From the NCBI GenBank assembly GCA_946616195.1, contig CAMOIP010000004.1, forward strand, positions 5,108-69,107: DNA of 64,000 nt. Reading direction: 5' to 3'. The stretch is from an uncultured Clostridia bacterium. GTDB lineage: Bacteria > Bacillota > Clostridia > Oscillospirales > Acutalibacteraceae. Below, one piece after another: positions 10,246 to 19,882 of the stretch. The notes under the pieces are model-generated. The model was not told where the DNA came from. It saw only the letters and a program-made list of their open reading frames with translations, and made no database searches. Every line of letters starts with the position of its first letter. The stretch's first letter is position 1. A program made the position numbers and the translations under genes.

Positions 10246-12651
10246 ATGTCAGCAAATTATACCATTACAAAATTAAGCGATATGCTCGAAAAGAAACTTT
10301 CTCATAATTTCGGTGTTTCACCCGAACAGGCTTCCGATGAGATTTTTTATAAAGCCTGTGTTCTGGTACTGCTCGATATTATGGGGGAAAGAAGAGCAAA
10401 ATTCAGAGATAAAGTTGACGAGCAAGGTGCAAAAACGGTTTATTATCTGAGTATGGAGTTTTTGATGGGTCGTTCTCTTAAAAATACCCTTTATAATTTG
10501 GATTTGACCGAAACTATGCGTAAGGCCCTTTCAAAATTCAAGGTAAACCTTGATAAACTCTATGATTTTGAGCCGGATGCAGGGCTTGGAAACGGCGGAC
10601 TTGGAAGACTTGCGGCCTGTTTCCTTGACGGACTTTCTACCGGCGGATATAGTGCTTATGGATATTGTATAAAATATGAACTCGGAATTTTCCGTCAAAA
10701 GTTAGTTGACGGTTGGCAGACCGAAATGCCTGATTTCTGGCTGCCGGGCGGAAGTGTATGGCTCGAACAGCGACCGTCATTTGCGGTAGATGTTCATTTT
10801 GACGGCTATATTGACGAGTGGTGGGATAACGGTTACCACCATGTTGAGCATAAAGATTATGATAATGTCCGTGCAGTGCCTTATGATTTAAAGATTGCCG
10901 GTAAAGACGGAAAAACCGTTAATGTTTTAAGACTTTGGAGTGCCGAATGTGAAGACTTTAATATGTCGGCTTTTAATCAGGGCGATTATGTAAGAGCATT
11001 AGAGCAAAGAGCAAATGCAGAGGCAATTTCAAAAATTTTATATCCTGAAGATAATCACGCAGAGGGTAAATCATTAAGGCTTCGTCAGCAGTATTTTTTG
11101 GTTTCCGCATCTATTCAGGATATTTTGGCAAGGCATATGCGCCGCTACAATACCCTTGAAAATCTGCCCGAAAAGGTGGCTATCCATATAAACGATACCC
11201 ACCCGACCCTTGCCATACCCGAACTTATGCGACTTTTGCTCGATGAATGCGGGTATTCTTGGGAAAAATCTTGGGATATTGTTACAAAAACGGTAGCATA
11301 CACAAACCATACCATTATGTCAGAGGCTCTCGAATGTTGGCAGATTGATATGTTTAAGAGAAGACTTCCGAGAGTTTATCAAATCATTGAAGAAATTGAC
11401 CGCAGATACAGGGCTGATGTTATTGCTAAAACCGGCGATTTTGCTTTGGCGGAAAGAACAGCCGTTATAAGTAACGGTCTTGTTCGTATGGCAAATCTTT
11501 GCGTTGCTACTTGCCATACCGTAAACGGTGTTTCAAAACTTCACAGCAAGATTATTACCGACGAATTATTCAACGATTATTATAAAATGACGCCGGATAA
11601 GTTCACAAATGTAACTAACGGTATTGCTCACAGAAGATGGCTTTGCCAGTCTAACCCCGAACTTTCGGCATACATTACCGAACTTATCGGCGACGGTTTT
11701 GTAAAGGATGCAAGTGAACTTGAAAAACTTATGAAATTCACCGACGATACTGCGGTGCTTTCTAAACTTGCAGATATAAAGAAGAATAATAAAGTTCGTT
11801 TGTCTAATTATATTATGGAAAACTATAATGTAAAAATAGACCCTGCTTCGGTTATTGATATGCAGGTAAAACGGCTTCACGAATACAAGCGTCAGCACCT
11901 TAATGCACTTCATATAATTTCCGATTATTTGTATTTAAAAGAAAATCCGAATGCACCGTTTACTCCGAAAACCTACATTTTCGGTGCAAAGGCGGCGTCC
12001 GGATACCTCTTTGCAAAAGAAATTATACAAATGATTTATAAGTTATCAAAGGTCATAAATAACGACCATACCGTAAACGATAAAATCAAGGTAGTATTCC
12101 TTGAAGATTACCGTGTTACTTTGGCTGAACTTATGATTCCTGCTGCCGAGATAAGCGAACAAATCTCCTTGGCTTCGACAGAAGCGAGTGGAACTTCAAA
12201 TATGAAGTTTATGATGAACGGTGCTGTTACTCTCGGAACCGAGGACGGTGCAAATGTTGAAATACATTCGGCTGTCGGAGATGATAACATTGTAATTTTC
12301 GGTATGCGTACTCCGGAAGTTCTGCAAATTCAGAAAAACGGTTATTCGCCTATCGAATACTATAATAATAATGCGGAACTCAGAAATGCACTTGATTTTA
12401 TCGGCAGAGGTATAGACGGAAAGTCATTTGACAACATTTATAATACCCTTAAAAATGTTGACCACTATATGGCTCTTGCTGATTACTCCGATTACTGTGC
12501 CGCCCAAAAGAAAACTATGGCACTTTATGAGGACAGCAAGGTATGGAATAAGATGTCGCTTATAAATATAGCCAAGTCGGGTATTTTTGCCGCCGATCGT
12601 TCAATAGACGAATATGCCAAAAATATTTGGCATATTGACCCGGTTAAGTAG
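10246..12651 (+). CDS. glgP: Glycogen/starch/alpha-glucan phosphorylase
   Basis: The 801-aa protein has GLGNGGLGRLAACFLD and the PLP site EASGTSNMKFMMNGA. Confidence 0.95.
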   Translation: MSANYTITKLSDMLEKKLSHNFGVSPEQASDEIFYKACVLVLLDIMGERRAKFRDKVDEQGAKTVYYLSMEFLMGRSLKNTLYNLDLTETMRKALSKFKVNLDKLYDFEPDAGLGNGGLGRLAACFLDGLSTGGYSAYGYCIKYELGIFRQKLVDGWQTEMPDFWLPGGSVWLEQRPSFAVDVHFDGYIDEWWDNGYHHVEHKDYDNVRAVPYDLKIAGKDGKTVNVLRLWSAECEDFNMSAFNQGDYVRALEQRANAEAISKILYPEDNHAEGKSLRLRQQYFLVSASIQDILARHMRRYNTLENLPEKVAIHINDTHPTLAIPELMRLLLDECGYSWEKSWDIVTKTVAYTNHTIMSEALECWQIDMFKRRLPRVYQIIEEIDRRYRADVIAKTGDFALAERTAVISNGLVRMANLCVATCHTVNGVSKLHSKIITDELFNDYYKMTPDKFTNVTNGIAHRRWLCQSNPELSAYITELIGDGFVKDASELEKLMKFTDDTAVLSKLADIKKNNKVRLSNYIMENYNVKIDPASVIDMQVKRLHEYKRQHLNALHIISDYLYLKENPNAPFTPKTYIFGAKAASGYLFAKEIIQMIYKLSKVINNDHTVNDKIKVVFLEDYRVTLAELMIPAAEISEQISLASTEASGTSNMKFMMNGAVTLGTEDGANVEIHSAVGDDNIVIFGMRTPEVLQIQKNGYSPIEYYNNNAELRNALDFIGRGIDGKSFDNIYNTLKNVDHYMALADYSDYCAAQKKTMALYEDSKVWNKMSLINIAKSGIFAADRSIDEYAKNIWHIDPVK

Positions 12652-12653
12652 TT

Positions 12654-14501
12654 ATGAATTATTATCCGTTTGATTCAAGAAATAAAATCTATAAACCTCA
12701 TTTTGGTGCAATTAAAGCAGGGGAAACCCTGCTTTTGCGTATTATCATACATTTTGATGCACACCTGCACGATGCATATTTGTGTATCGAAAAAGACGGC
12801 GGTGAGCCTTACGAGATACATCTTGAGCCGAAAGAACAAATTGACAATTACCGTTTTTATGATACCAAAATAAAACTTGATACGGGTTTATACTGGTATA
12901 GTTTCAGATACACAAGCGATTACGGCGAGTTTTTTGTAACAAAAACCGACAGTTCGCTCGGAATTGTTTCAAAAGACGGCGGTAAATGGCAACAAACGGT
13001 TTATGATGCCGATTTTGAAACACCTGATTTTGTAAGCGGCGGAATAATATATCAAATTTTTCCCGATAGGTTTTATTCTTCGGGGGAAGAACATAAAAAC
13101 ATTCCGACAGATAGATATATCTGCAAAGATTGGGGCAAACAACCCGAATACAGGCAGGAAAACGGAATATGCTCGCTTGGAAACGATTACTACGGCGGAG
13201 ATTTAAAGGGCATTACGGTCAAGTTGCCGTATCTTAAAGAATTAGGCGTCAGTCTTATATATTTAAACCCTATTTGCGAGGCACATTCAAACCATAGATA
13301 TAATACTGCCGATTATATGAAAATAGACCCAATGCTCGGTACGGAAGACGATTTAAAAGAACTCTGCAACGAAGCAAAAAAGAACGGTATTCGCATTATA
13401 TTAGACGGTGTATTCTCGCATACGGGCGACGACAGTATTTATTTTAATAAGTATAAACGCTATGGCGACGGCGGAGCATATAACGATATGGCTTCTCCAT
13501 ATCGCAAATGGTATACATTTAAAAATGAATATCCCGGATATTCCGCTTGGTGGGGAGTTCCGTCTTTGCCCGAAGTAAACGAAGAAAACGAAGAGTTTTT
13601 GGAGTATATTACAGGAAAAGACGGTGTTGTTGAAAAATGGCTTTCTTTGGGAATTTCGGGAATAAGACTTGATGTTGCGGACGAACTGCCCGATTTGTTT
13701 TTAGAAAGTTTGAGAAAATGCGTAAAGGACAAGAATAAAGATGCTTATATTTTAGGCGAGGTATGGGAAGATGCTTCAAATAAAATAAGTTACGGGGCGC
13801 GAAGAAAGTTTTTGCTCGGAAAACAACTCGATTCGGTTATGAATTATCCTTTTGCAAATGCGATTATAGATTATGTTTGCAAAGGTACTGCTAAAAACCT
13901 TTTAGAAACCGTTATGAGTATTCTCGAGAACTATCCGAGAGAGTCAGTAAGAACTCTTATGAATCATATCGGAACGCATGATACGGCGAGAATTATTACC
14001 GCTATTGCAAACTATGGTAAATACTGCGGCGACAGAAAATGGCAAAGCGAACAAACATTAGAGGGCAGTTTGTATGATTTTGCGGTTTTAAAACTTAAAA
14101 TCGCCGCTCTGCTTCAATATACCTTGCCGGGTGTTCCTTCGCTCTATTACGGAGACGAGGCGGGACTTACGGGTTTTGGCGACCCGTTTTGCCGAGCCGC
14201 ATATCCTTGGGGGCATGAAAACACCGACCTGCTTTCTTATTATAAGGCTCTTGGAAACTTGAGAAGAAGCAAAGTTGTTTTTAAAGACGGAGATTTCGAG
14301 CCTGTTGTTTGTCAAGACGGACTGTTTGTGTTTTTAAGAAGTCAAGGAAATAAAAAGGTTTTAATTGCTACTAACATATCAGAATATGAACAGGAATTTT
14401 TGAATACTTATAATGTTAATAATACATTATTCGGCGAAAATGTTTCCGAAACTACCGACAAAATAAGACTTAAACCGTACGGTTATGCAATTATTGAATA
14501 A
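12654..14501 (+). CDS. Glycoside hydrolase family 13 protein (alpha-amylase/neopullulanase-like)
   Basis: All four GH13 regions are present: ILDGVFSHTG, GIRLDVADEL, LGEVWED, MNHIGTHDTAR. It is translationally coupled to glgP. Confidence 0.9.
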   Translation: MNYYPFDSRNKIYKPHFGAIKAGETLLLRIIIHFDAHLHDAYLCIEKDGGEPYEIHLEPKEQIDNYRFYDTKIKLDTGLYWYSFRYTSDYGEFFVTKTDSSLGIVSKDGGKWQQTVYDADFETPDFVSGGIIYQIFPDRFYSSGEEHKNIPTDRYICKDWGKQPEYRQENGICSLGNDYYGGDLKGITVKLPYLKELGVSLIYLNPICEAHSNHRYNTADYMKIDPMLGTEDDLKELCNEAKKNGIRIILDGVFSHTGDDSIYFNKYKRYGDGGAYNDMASPYRKWYTFKNEYPGYSAWWGVPSLPEVNEENEEFLEYITGKDGVVEKWLSLGISGIRLDVADELPDLFLESLRKCVKDKNKDAYILGEVWEDASNKISYGARRKFLLGKQLDSVMNYPFANAIIDYVCKGTAKNLLETVMSILENYPRESVRTLMNHIGTHDTARIITAIANYGKYCGDRKWQSEQTLEGSLYDFAVLKLKIAALLQYTLPGVPSLYYGDEAGLTGFGDPFCRAAYPWGHENTDLLSYYKALGNLRRSKVVFKDGDFEPVVCQDGLFVFLRSQGNKKVLIATNISEYEQEFLNTYNVNNTLFGENVSETTDKIRLKPYGYAIIE

Positions 14502-14507
14502 AAATTC

Positions 14508-14536
14508 TTGACAATGCATATTATTTGTGTTATTAT
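14508..14536 (+). promoter_or_regulatory. Sigma-A type promoter of the L-box leader
   Basis: The promoter reads TTGACA-17 nt-TATTAT. Confidence 0.5.
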
Positions 14537-14560
14537 GCATTGGTAAATTTATTAAAATCT

Positions 14561-14797
14561 TTGATAGAGGTGCAAAAGTCAATAGTAAAGCAACATTGAT
14601 GCCCGGATAGGCTGTTGCTTAAAAGGGACTTTTGCCGAAATGAATACTTGGTATCCGCCATTTATTTGTTGGTTCGTTGTAGAATATACACCGAACTGTC
14701 ACTAAGCATTAGTGGAGCGCTATCTTGAAAATATAAATATTTAATTTATATTGTGTTTTCAGGTCGTGCCAAATGTTTGGTTCGACCTTATTTTTTT
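14561..14797 (+). promoter_or_regulatory. Lysine riboswitch (L-box) with intrinsic terminator
   Basis: Conserved L-box blocks appear in order: AUAGAGGUGC, AAAGGGA..UUGCCGAA, ACUGUCAC, AGUGGAGCGCUAUCUUG. They are followed by AGGTCG..CGACCT and a T7 run (14761-14797). Confidence 0.85.
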
Positions 14798-14818
14798 AAA
14801 ATAAAGGAGAAGAGAAAA

Positions 14819-16756
14819 ATGCACTCAAACAAGATTACGAGATGGGCTATTGCTCTCTTGATTTGTGCGTTGGTTGCTTTTGTCGGAACATTTACTGCTC
14901 TCGGTGTTGATGAAGAAGTAACAAACGCAAAAGGCACAGAAAAAACTGAACAATCTGCAAAAGATTATACAAAGATTGAAGATGCAGATGGAAACATTGT
15001 TGATTTAACTGAACCTGAAGCTGCAAAGGAATATTTAGACAATTATGCAAGTAATGTCGAAACTGAGGGCGGAATTGATAATATCAAAAAGGCTTCTGAA
15101 ACTGTTAAAAAATACAGCAACGATTATACGATACCATCTAATGCACAGGAGTATGTTGACGGATATGCCGACAATTTAAGTGAGGACGAAAACTTTGAAA
15201 CTAATATCGAAACCGCCCTTACAACGGTAAGAACAAGTGTAAAAAGATATGCAACATGGTGGTCATTGCTTCCGCCTGTAATAGCAATTCTGTTGGCACT
15301 TATAACAAAAGAGGTTTATTCGTCTTTGTTTATCGGTATTCTGTTCGGCGGTATGATTTATTCAAACTTCACACTTGAGGGTACCGTAGTACATACTTTA
15401 CAAGACGGATTTATAAGCAGTGTTGCCGATTCTTATAATATCGGTATTCTGATATTCCTCGTAATGCTCGGAGCATTGGTTGCTATGATGAATAAAGCAG
15501 GTGGCTCTCAAGCATTCGGTAAGTGGACAACAAAGCATATAAAGACCCGTGTAGGTGCTCAACTTGCTACTATTTTACTCGGTGTTCTTATATTTATAGA
15601 CGACTATTTCAACTGCTTGACTGTCGGCTCTGTAATGCGTCCTGTAACCGATAAGCATAATATTTCCCGTGCAAAACTTGCTTATCTTATAGACGCTACC
15701 GCCGCACCTGTTTGTATTATTGCTCCTATTTCTTCTTGGGCTGCTGCCGTTGCAGGTTTTGCAAAGGGTTCGGGTGCCGCAAGCGGCATGTCGCTCTTTA
15801 TAAGTGCTATTCCTTACAACTTCTATGCAATTCTTACTATTGTAATGATGGTTTTCTTGGCAGTTACAAATATGGATTACGGTCCTATGAAGAAGCATGA
15901 ATATAATGCCGTTAATAATAACGACCTGTTTACAACCGGCGAAGAGCAAATGGCTGATACCGAAACAAATGCGAACGAAAAGGGTAAGGTTATAGACCTT
16001 GTTATTCCGGTAATATTCTTAATCATTGCCTGTGTAATCGGTATGATTTATTCCGGCGGATTTTTCTCGGGCGAAAACTTCATTGACGCCTTTTCAAATT
16101 CCGATGCATCGGTAGGTCTTGTAATCGGCTCCTTTGCGGCAATTATATTTACAGTTATTTATTATCTTTGCCGTAGAGTTCTTAAATTCAGCGATTGTAT
16201 GAATGCTATCCCCGAAGGATTTAAGGCAATGGTTCCGGCTATTTTAATTCTCTGCTGTGCTTGGACACTTAAAACAATGACCGATTCTTTAGGTGCTAAA
16301 ATCTTTATTTCTCAACTTGTTGAAAAGAGTGCAGGGTCATTTGAGTTCTTCCTTCCGGCAATCATATTTGTTATCGCAGTTGGTCTTTCTTTTGCAACCG
16401 GTACATCCTGGGGAACATTCGGTATCCTTATTCCTATCGTTCTTTCGGTATTCGGTGCAGAAGACGGTGCAATTACAACAGTTGCTATTTCCGCTTGTAT
16501 GGCAGGTGCCGTATGCGGAGACCATTGTTCACCGATTTCGGATACAACAATTATGGCTTCAGCCGGTGCACAGAGCAACCATATGAACCATGTATCTACT
16601 CAACTTCCGTATGCTTTGACAGTTGCAGGTGTATCATTTGTAAGTTACATTATTGCAGGATTTATTTCAAATTGGCTTATCGCTTTGCCGATTTCAATCG
16701 CTTTAATGATTTGCACCTTGTTTGTAATTCGTATATTTACTTCTAAAAAGGCATAA
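14819..16756 (+). CDS. NhaC-family Na+/H+ antiporter-like transporter (candidate lysine transporter) with a long N-terminal extracytoplasmic extension
   Basis: AAGGAGAAG lies upstream of the ATG at 14819. The NhaC-like polytopic core starts about residue 170. The gene sits directly under L-box control. Confidence 0.82.
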   Translation: MHSNKITRWAIALLICALVAFVGTFTALGVDEEVTNAKGTEKTEQSAKDYTKIEDADGNIVDLTEPEAAKEYLDNYASNVETEGGIDNIKKASETVKKYSNDYTIPSNAQEYVDGYADNLSEDENFETNIETALTTVRTSVKRYATWWSLLPPVIAILLALITKEVYSSLFIGILFGGMIYSNFTLEGTVVHTLQDGFISSVADSYNIGILIFLVMLGALVAMMNKAGGSQAFGKWTTKHIKTRVGAQLATILLGVLIFIDDYFNCLTVGSVMRPVTDKHNISRAKLAYLIDATAAPVCIIAPISSWAAAVAGFAKGSGAASGMSLFISAIPYNFYAILTIVMMVFLAVTNMDYGPMKKHEYNAVNNNDLFTTGEEQMADTETNANEKGKVIDLVIPVIFLIIACVIGMIYSGGFFSGENFIDAFSNSDASVGLVIGSFAAIIFTVIYYLCRRVLKFSDCMNAIPEGFKAMVPAILILCCAWTLKTMTDSLGAKIFISQLVEKSAGSFEFFLPAIIFVIAVGLSFATGTSWGTFGILIPIVLSVFGAEDGAITTVAISACMAGAVCGDHCSPISDTTIMASAGAQSNHMNHVSTQLPYALTVAGVSFVSYIIAGFISNWLIALPISIALMICTLFVIRIFTSKKA

Positions 16757-16773
16757 AATGAGTTAAAACTAAC

Positions 16774-16797
16774 ACCCGTACTTTTTTAAGTACGGGT
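16774..16797 (+). terminator. Intrinsic terminator of the NhaC-family gene
   Basis: The stem is ACCCGTAC-ttttttaa-GTACGGGT. Confidence 0.6.
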
Positions 16798-16809
16798 CAT
16801 TTTATATTA

Positions 16810-16837
16810 AAAAACCGCTGTCAAAAGACAGCGGTTA
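16810..16837 (-). terminator. Intrinsic terminator of the minus-strand structured RNA
   Basis: On the minus strand the sequence reads AACCGCTGTC-tttt-GACAGCGGTT followed by a T-run. Confidence 0.65.
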
Positions 16838-16849
16838 AATTATTATGTT

Positions 16850-17050
16850 TTGCTCCCACTTTGCCGTAGTGTGCCGAATGATAACCTGATTTTTAGTTCA
16901 GGTGGGTTTCGTCCGAACGGCTTCGCGCTCCCTTCTTCCGAACTCGGCACCGCCGCGGGAGGTCTGCAAGCCCACCGTCCGAGAGCAAATCCCTATTTAT
17001 ATTGTTGTAGGGTTATAAAGGCAACAGTTCGCGAACAAAGCAGGAGTTTT
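16850..17050 (-). ncRNA. Unclassified GC-rich structured RNA, 6S-like architecture (candidate ssrS)
   Basis: This is a GC-rich island in AT-rich DNA. An 11-bp closing helix has G-U pairs only on the minus strand. AU-rich central unpaired flanks surround a GC-rich apical helix set, and the RNA has its own terminator. It is not SRP RNA, tmRNA or RNase P RNA. Confidence 0.45.
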
Positions 17051-17057
17051 TAAATTA

Positions 17058-17372
17058 TTACTGTTTTTCGTCTATTTCAAAGAAATCTTCAAGGCGGTCA
17101 ACAAAAGCATCGGCTATGGTTTCGTATTCGTCATCGTCCTCGATTTCGTAAAAATATTCTTCCCCGTTTTCTTCTCCGACCTTAACGATTACAAGTTCGC
17201 CCGAATCGTCAAGCATCGCTTTCGGGTCGCTGTACTGCGGTAAGAGAGCCAAATATCTGTCTGTATCGGTTTCGATGGCATCAAGAACCTCGAATGTATA
17301 CTCTTTGCCGTCGTCGTCAGCTAAAGTTATTATATCAGGATTATATTCTTCATTTTTAATTTCTTCACTCAT
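17058..17372 (-). CDS. DUF1292 family small acidic protein
   Basis: The 104-aa protein shows LADDDGKEYTFEVLDAIE...YLALLP...ELVIVKV, which is typical of DUF1292. Confidence 0.78.
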   Translation of the reverse strand: MSEEIKNEEYNPDIITLADDDGKEYTFEVLDAIETDTDRYLALLPQYSDPKAMLDDSGELVIVKVGEENGEEYFYEIEDDDEYETIADAFVDRLEDFFEIDEKQ

Positions 17373-17576
17373 TATTATATCTCCTAATTTAGTATTTTAC
17401 CTATTTCGTATTTTACTATACTTATGTGAAAAATACAAGAGTTATCTTCAATATGGAAAAAATATACTTGCAAGAAATATAAATGTCGTTTTTTGGAATA
17501 AATTATTCTTGACAATATACTTAAAATACATATATACTATGATTATAATATTTGGTAAATCGTGAGGGTTTTCCTT

Positions 17577-18962
17577 ATGAAATTCTTGGTGAAAATCAGA
17601 AAGACGGTAATGCTTTTTATAAAGGCTATTATTGTCGTTTCTTTAACTTTAAGTTTTGTAGAGATTTGGAATCAGAATTATATTGAATCGCTTTTCAGCA
17701 ACAAGGGTAACTATTTGGTTATTTTCTCTTTTGTATTTATTTTTTCTGTATTTTCTTCGCTTTACGGGGCTTTTAATATCGGAATTTATCGTATCCATGA
17801 AATAATATACAGTTTTTCTTTGGCGGCTTTGGTTACTGATGTCGTTATGTATTTGGAACTCAGCCTAATAGCAAGAAATCTTGTTGCAGTTCCGCCTATG
17901 ATTGTTTGCTTTATCTATCAAGTGGGTACTATTTTTTTGCTGTCATTTTGTGCTAATACCATTTATTTTAAACTTTATCCTGCAAGGCGAGTTTTAGCGG
18001 TTTTCAGCGACGATGCAAAAGGTTTTGAATTTATTAAAAAAATGAGTATTATTTCCGAGCGATTTAAAGTTGAAAGCGGAATAAATGCCGAGCATACCGA
18101 TATTGAAAACATAAAAAAACATATTGATAAGTATGATGCCGTTGCCATTTGCGATATAGACAAAAGAATGCAAAAAGAGATTATTTCATATTGTTATACA
18201 AAGCAAAAGCGAACATATCTTTTGCCGGATATTACAGATATAATTCTCAATAACGGATATGAAATTCAAATCAGCGATACGCCGGTTATTATGAGCCGTA
18301 ACAGAGGGCTTACTACCGAACAGGCACTCGTTAAAAGGTTTTTCGATATTCTTATTTCTGCGGTAGGCATTATAATTTTAAGTCCTTTGATGTTTTTTAT
18401 AGCCGTTGCGATTAAGATTGACGACGGCGGACCGGTATTTTTCAAACAAAACCGAGTTACGCAAAACGGAAAGATTTTTAATATTATCAAATTCCGTTCT
18501 ATGGTTGTTGATGCCGATAAAGACGGTGCCAAAAAAGCCGAGAATGACGACAACAGAATCACCAAGGTCGGCAGAATAATAAGGGCTTGCAGAGTTGATG
18601 AACTCCCGCAACTTTTCAATATATTAAAGGGAGAAATGTCTGTAGTAGGTCCAAGACCCGAAAGAGTGGAAAATGTATATGAATATACCTCTCTTCACCC
18701 TGAGTTTGACCTTCGCCATAGGGTTAAAGCAGGACTTACCGGCTATGCCCAACTTTACGGTAAGTATAATACATCTTCCGAAGATAAACTCAATATGGAC
18801 CTTATATATATTGAAACTTATTCTTTGATAAAAGATTTAAAACTTATTATTCTTACAATTAAGGTTTTGTTTATGCGTGAAAGCACCGAAGGATTTGATT
18901 CGAGTGCAAATTCAAAAGTAAAAAAACCTAATATAAAAATAAATAATGAGGGTGAAAAATAG
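17577..18962 (+). CDS. Polyprenyl-phosphate hexose-1-phosphate transferase (WbaP/EpsL-type initiating sugar transferase)
   Basis: The C-terminal bacterial sugar transferase domain is present (PVFFKQNRVTQNGKIFNIIKFRSM...DELPQLFNILKGEMSVVGPRP). There are N-terminal TM segments. GAGGG lies upstream of the ATG at 17577. Confidence 0.9.
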   Translation: MKFLVKIRKTVMLFIKAIIVVSLTLSFVEIWNQNYIESLFSNKGNYLVIFSFVFIFSVFSSLYGAFNIGIYRIHEIIYSFSLAALVTDVVMYLELSLIARNLVAVPPMIVCFIYQVGTIFLLSFCANTIYFKLYPARRVLAVFSDDAKGFEFIKKMSIISERFKVESGINAEHTDIENIKKHIDKYDAVAICDIDKRMQKEIISYCYTKQKRTYLLPDITDIILNNGYEIQISDTPVIMSRNRGLTTEQALVKRFFDILISAVGIIILSPLMFFIAVAIKIDDGGPVFFKQNRVTQNGKIFNIIKFRSMVVDADKDGAKKAENDDNRITKVGRIIRACRVDELPQLFNILKGEMSVVGPRPERVENVYEYTSLHPEFDLRHRVKAGLTGYAQLYGKYNTSSEDKLNMDLIYIETYSLIKDLKLIILTIKVLFMRESTEGFDSSANSKVKKPNIKINNEGEK

Positions 18963-19838
18963 ATGGCATTTAATGCAACATTAGTCGTTTTAGCGGCAGG
19001 AATGGGTAGCCGTTTCGGAGGGCTTAAACAAATTGAGCCTATAGGTCCAGGCGGTGAAGCGTTGCTTGATTTTTCGGTTTATGACGCAAAAAAAGCAGGG
19101 TTTAACAAGGTTGTTTTCATAATCAAAAAGGCTATTGAAAAAGAATTTAAGGAAACAGTAGGCAAGAGAATTGAAAAGATAATAGATGTAGAGTATGCTT
19201 TTCAGGAACTTGATACTTTGCCAAACGGTTTTACCTGCCCCGAAAATAGGCAAAAGCCTTGGGGAACAGGTCATGCAATTTATTGCTGTAAGGATATAGT
19301 TAAAACTCCGTTTGCCGTAATAAATGCCGACGATTACTATGGCTTTGAAGCATATAATCAGATATATAATCAACTGAAAAAGCAGACCGGCAACTACTGT
19401 ATGGTAGGTTTCAGACTCGAAAATACCCTGACCGATAACGGCTCGGTGTCAAGAGGAATTTGCGATATTAAAGACGGCAAACTTTTATCGGTTACAGAAC
19501 GGACGAAAATTGTAAACTGCAAGTATACCGAAGACGATAAAGAGTGGATTTCGCTTTCTCCCGATACGGTAGTTTCTATGAATATGTGGGGCTTTACACC
19601 GGATATATTCGAGTATGCCAAAGAGTATCTTGTTGAATTTTTAAATGAAAAAATAGATGTGCCTAAATCTGAGTTTTATCTTCCGAGCATTGTTTCAAAG
19701 GTTATGGAAAAGGGAATTAAAAGCGTAGATGTTCTTGTTGCCGAAGAAAAATGGTACGGTGTTACATACAAAGAGGATAAAGACGATGTGAAAAAAGCAT
19801 TGTATAAAAAAATAGAGGAAGGAAAATATAATTTTTAA
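18963..19838 (+). CDS. Sugar-phosphate nucleotidyltransferase
   Basis: It has the N-terminal LAAGMGSRFGGLKQ signature. Its start abuts the stop of the sugar transferase gene. Confidence 0.75.
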   Translation: MAFNATLVVLAAGMGSRFGGLKQIEPIGPGGEALLDFSVYDAKKAGFNKVVFIIKKAIEKEFKETVGKRIEKIIDVEYAFQELDTLPNGFTCPENRQKPWGTGHAIYCCKDIVKTPFAVINADDYYGFEAYNQIYNQLKKQTGNYCMVGFRLENTLTDNGSVSRGICDIKDGKLLSVTERTKIVNCKYTEDDKEWISLSPDTVVSMNMWGFTPDIFEYAKEYLVEFLNEKIDVPKSEFYLPSIVSKVMEKGIKSVDVLVAEEKWYGVTYKEDKDDVKKALYKKIEEGKYNF

Positions 19839-19882
19839 GTTGAATTTTAAATAAATAGGCTTAAAAGGAAAAGGTGGTTAAT

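Noticed and set aside
16995-17030. A sigma-A-like promoter inside the candidate RNA (minus strand TTGCCT-17 nt-TATAAA), which would give a shorter ~150-nt transcript.
   Set aside because: It is possible, but the 11-bp terminal helix uses sequence upstream of this site, and AT-rich bubbles readily mimic -10 boxes. It is kept only as an alternative 5' end to be tested by 5'-RACE.
16850-17050. Identification of the GC-rich RNA as SRP (4.5S/scRNA) RNA, tmRNA or a riboswitch.
   Set aside because: GUUCGGAAGAAGGGAGCG resembles the SRP helix-8 GGAA tetraloop region, but the invariant GGAAGCAGC / AGGUC symmetric-loop sequence is absent. It has no tRNA-like end or tag ORF, which excludes tmRNA. No gene follows it on the minus strand (a terminator comes next), so a cis-acting riboswitch is unlikely.
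16850-17053. A 67-aa plus-strand ORF in the GC-rich island.
   Set aside because: It has no SD, starts at TTG, and has Pro/Arg/Gly/Ala-rich composition typical of a spurious frame through a structured RNA. The region is better explained as a minus-strand ncRNA.
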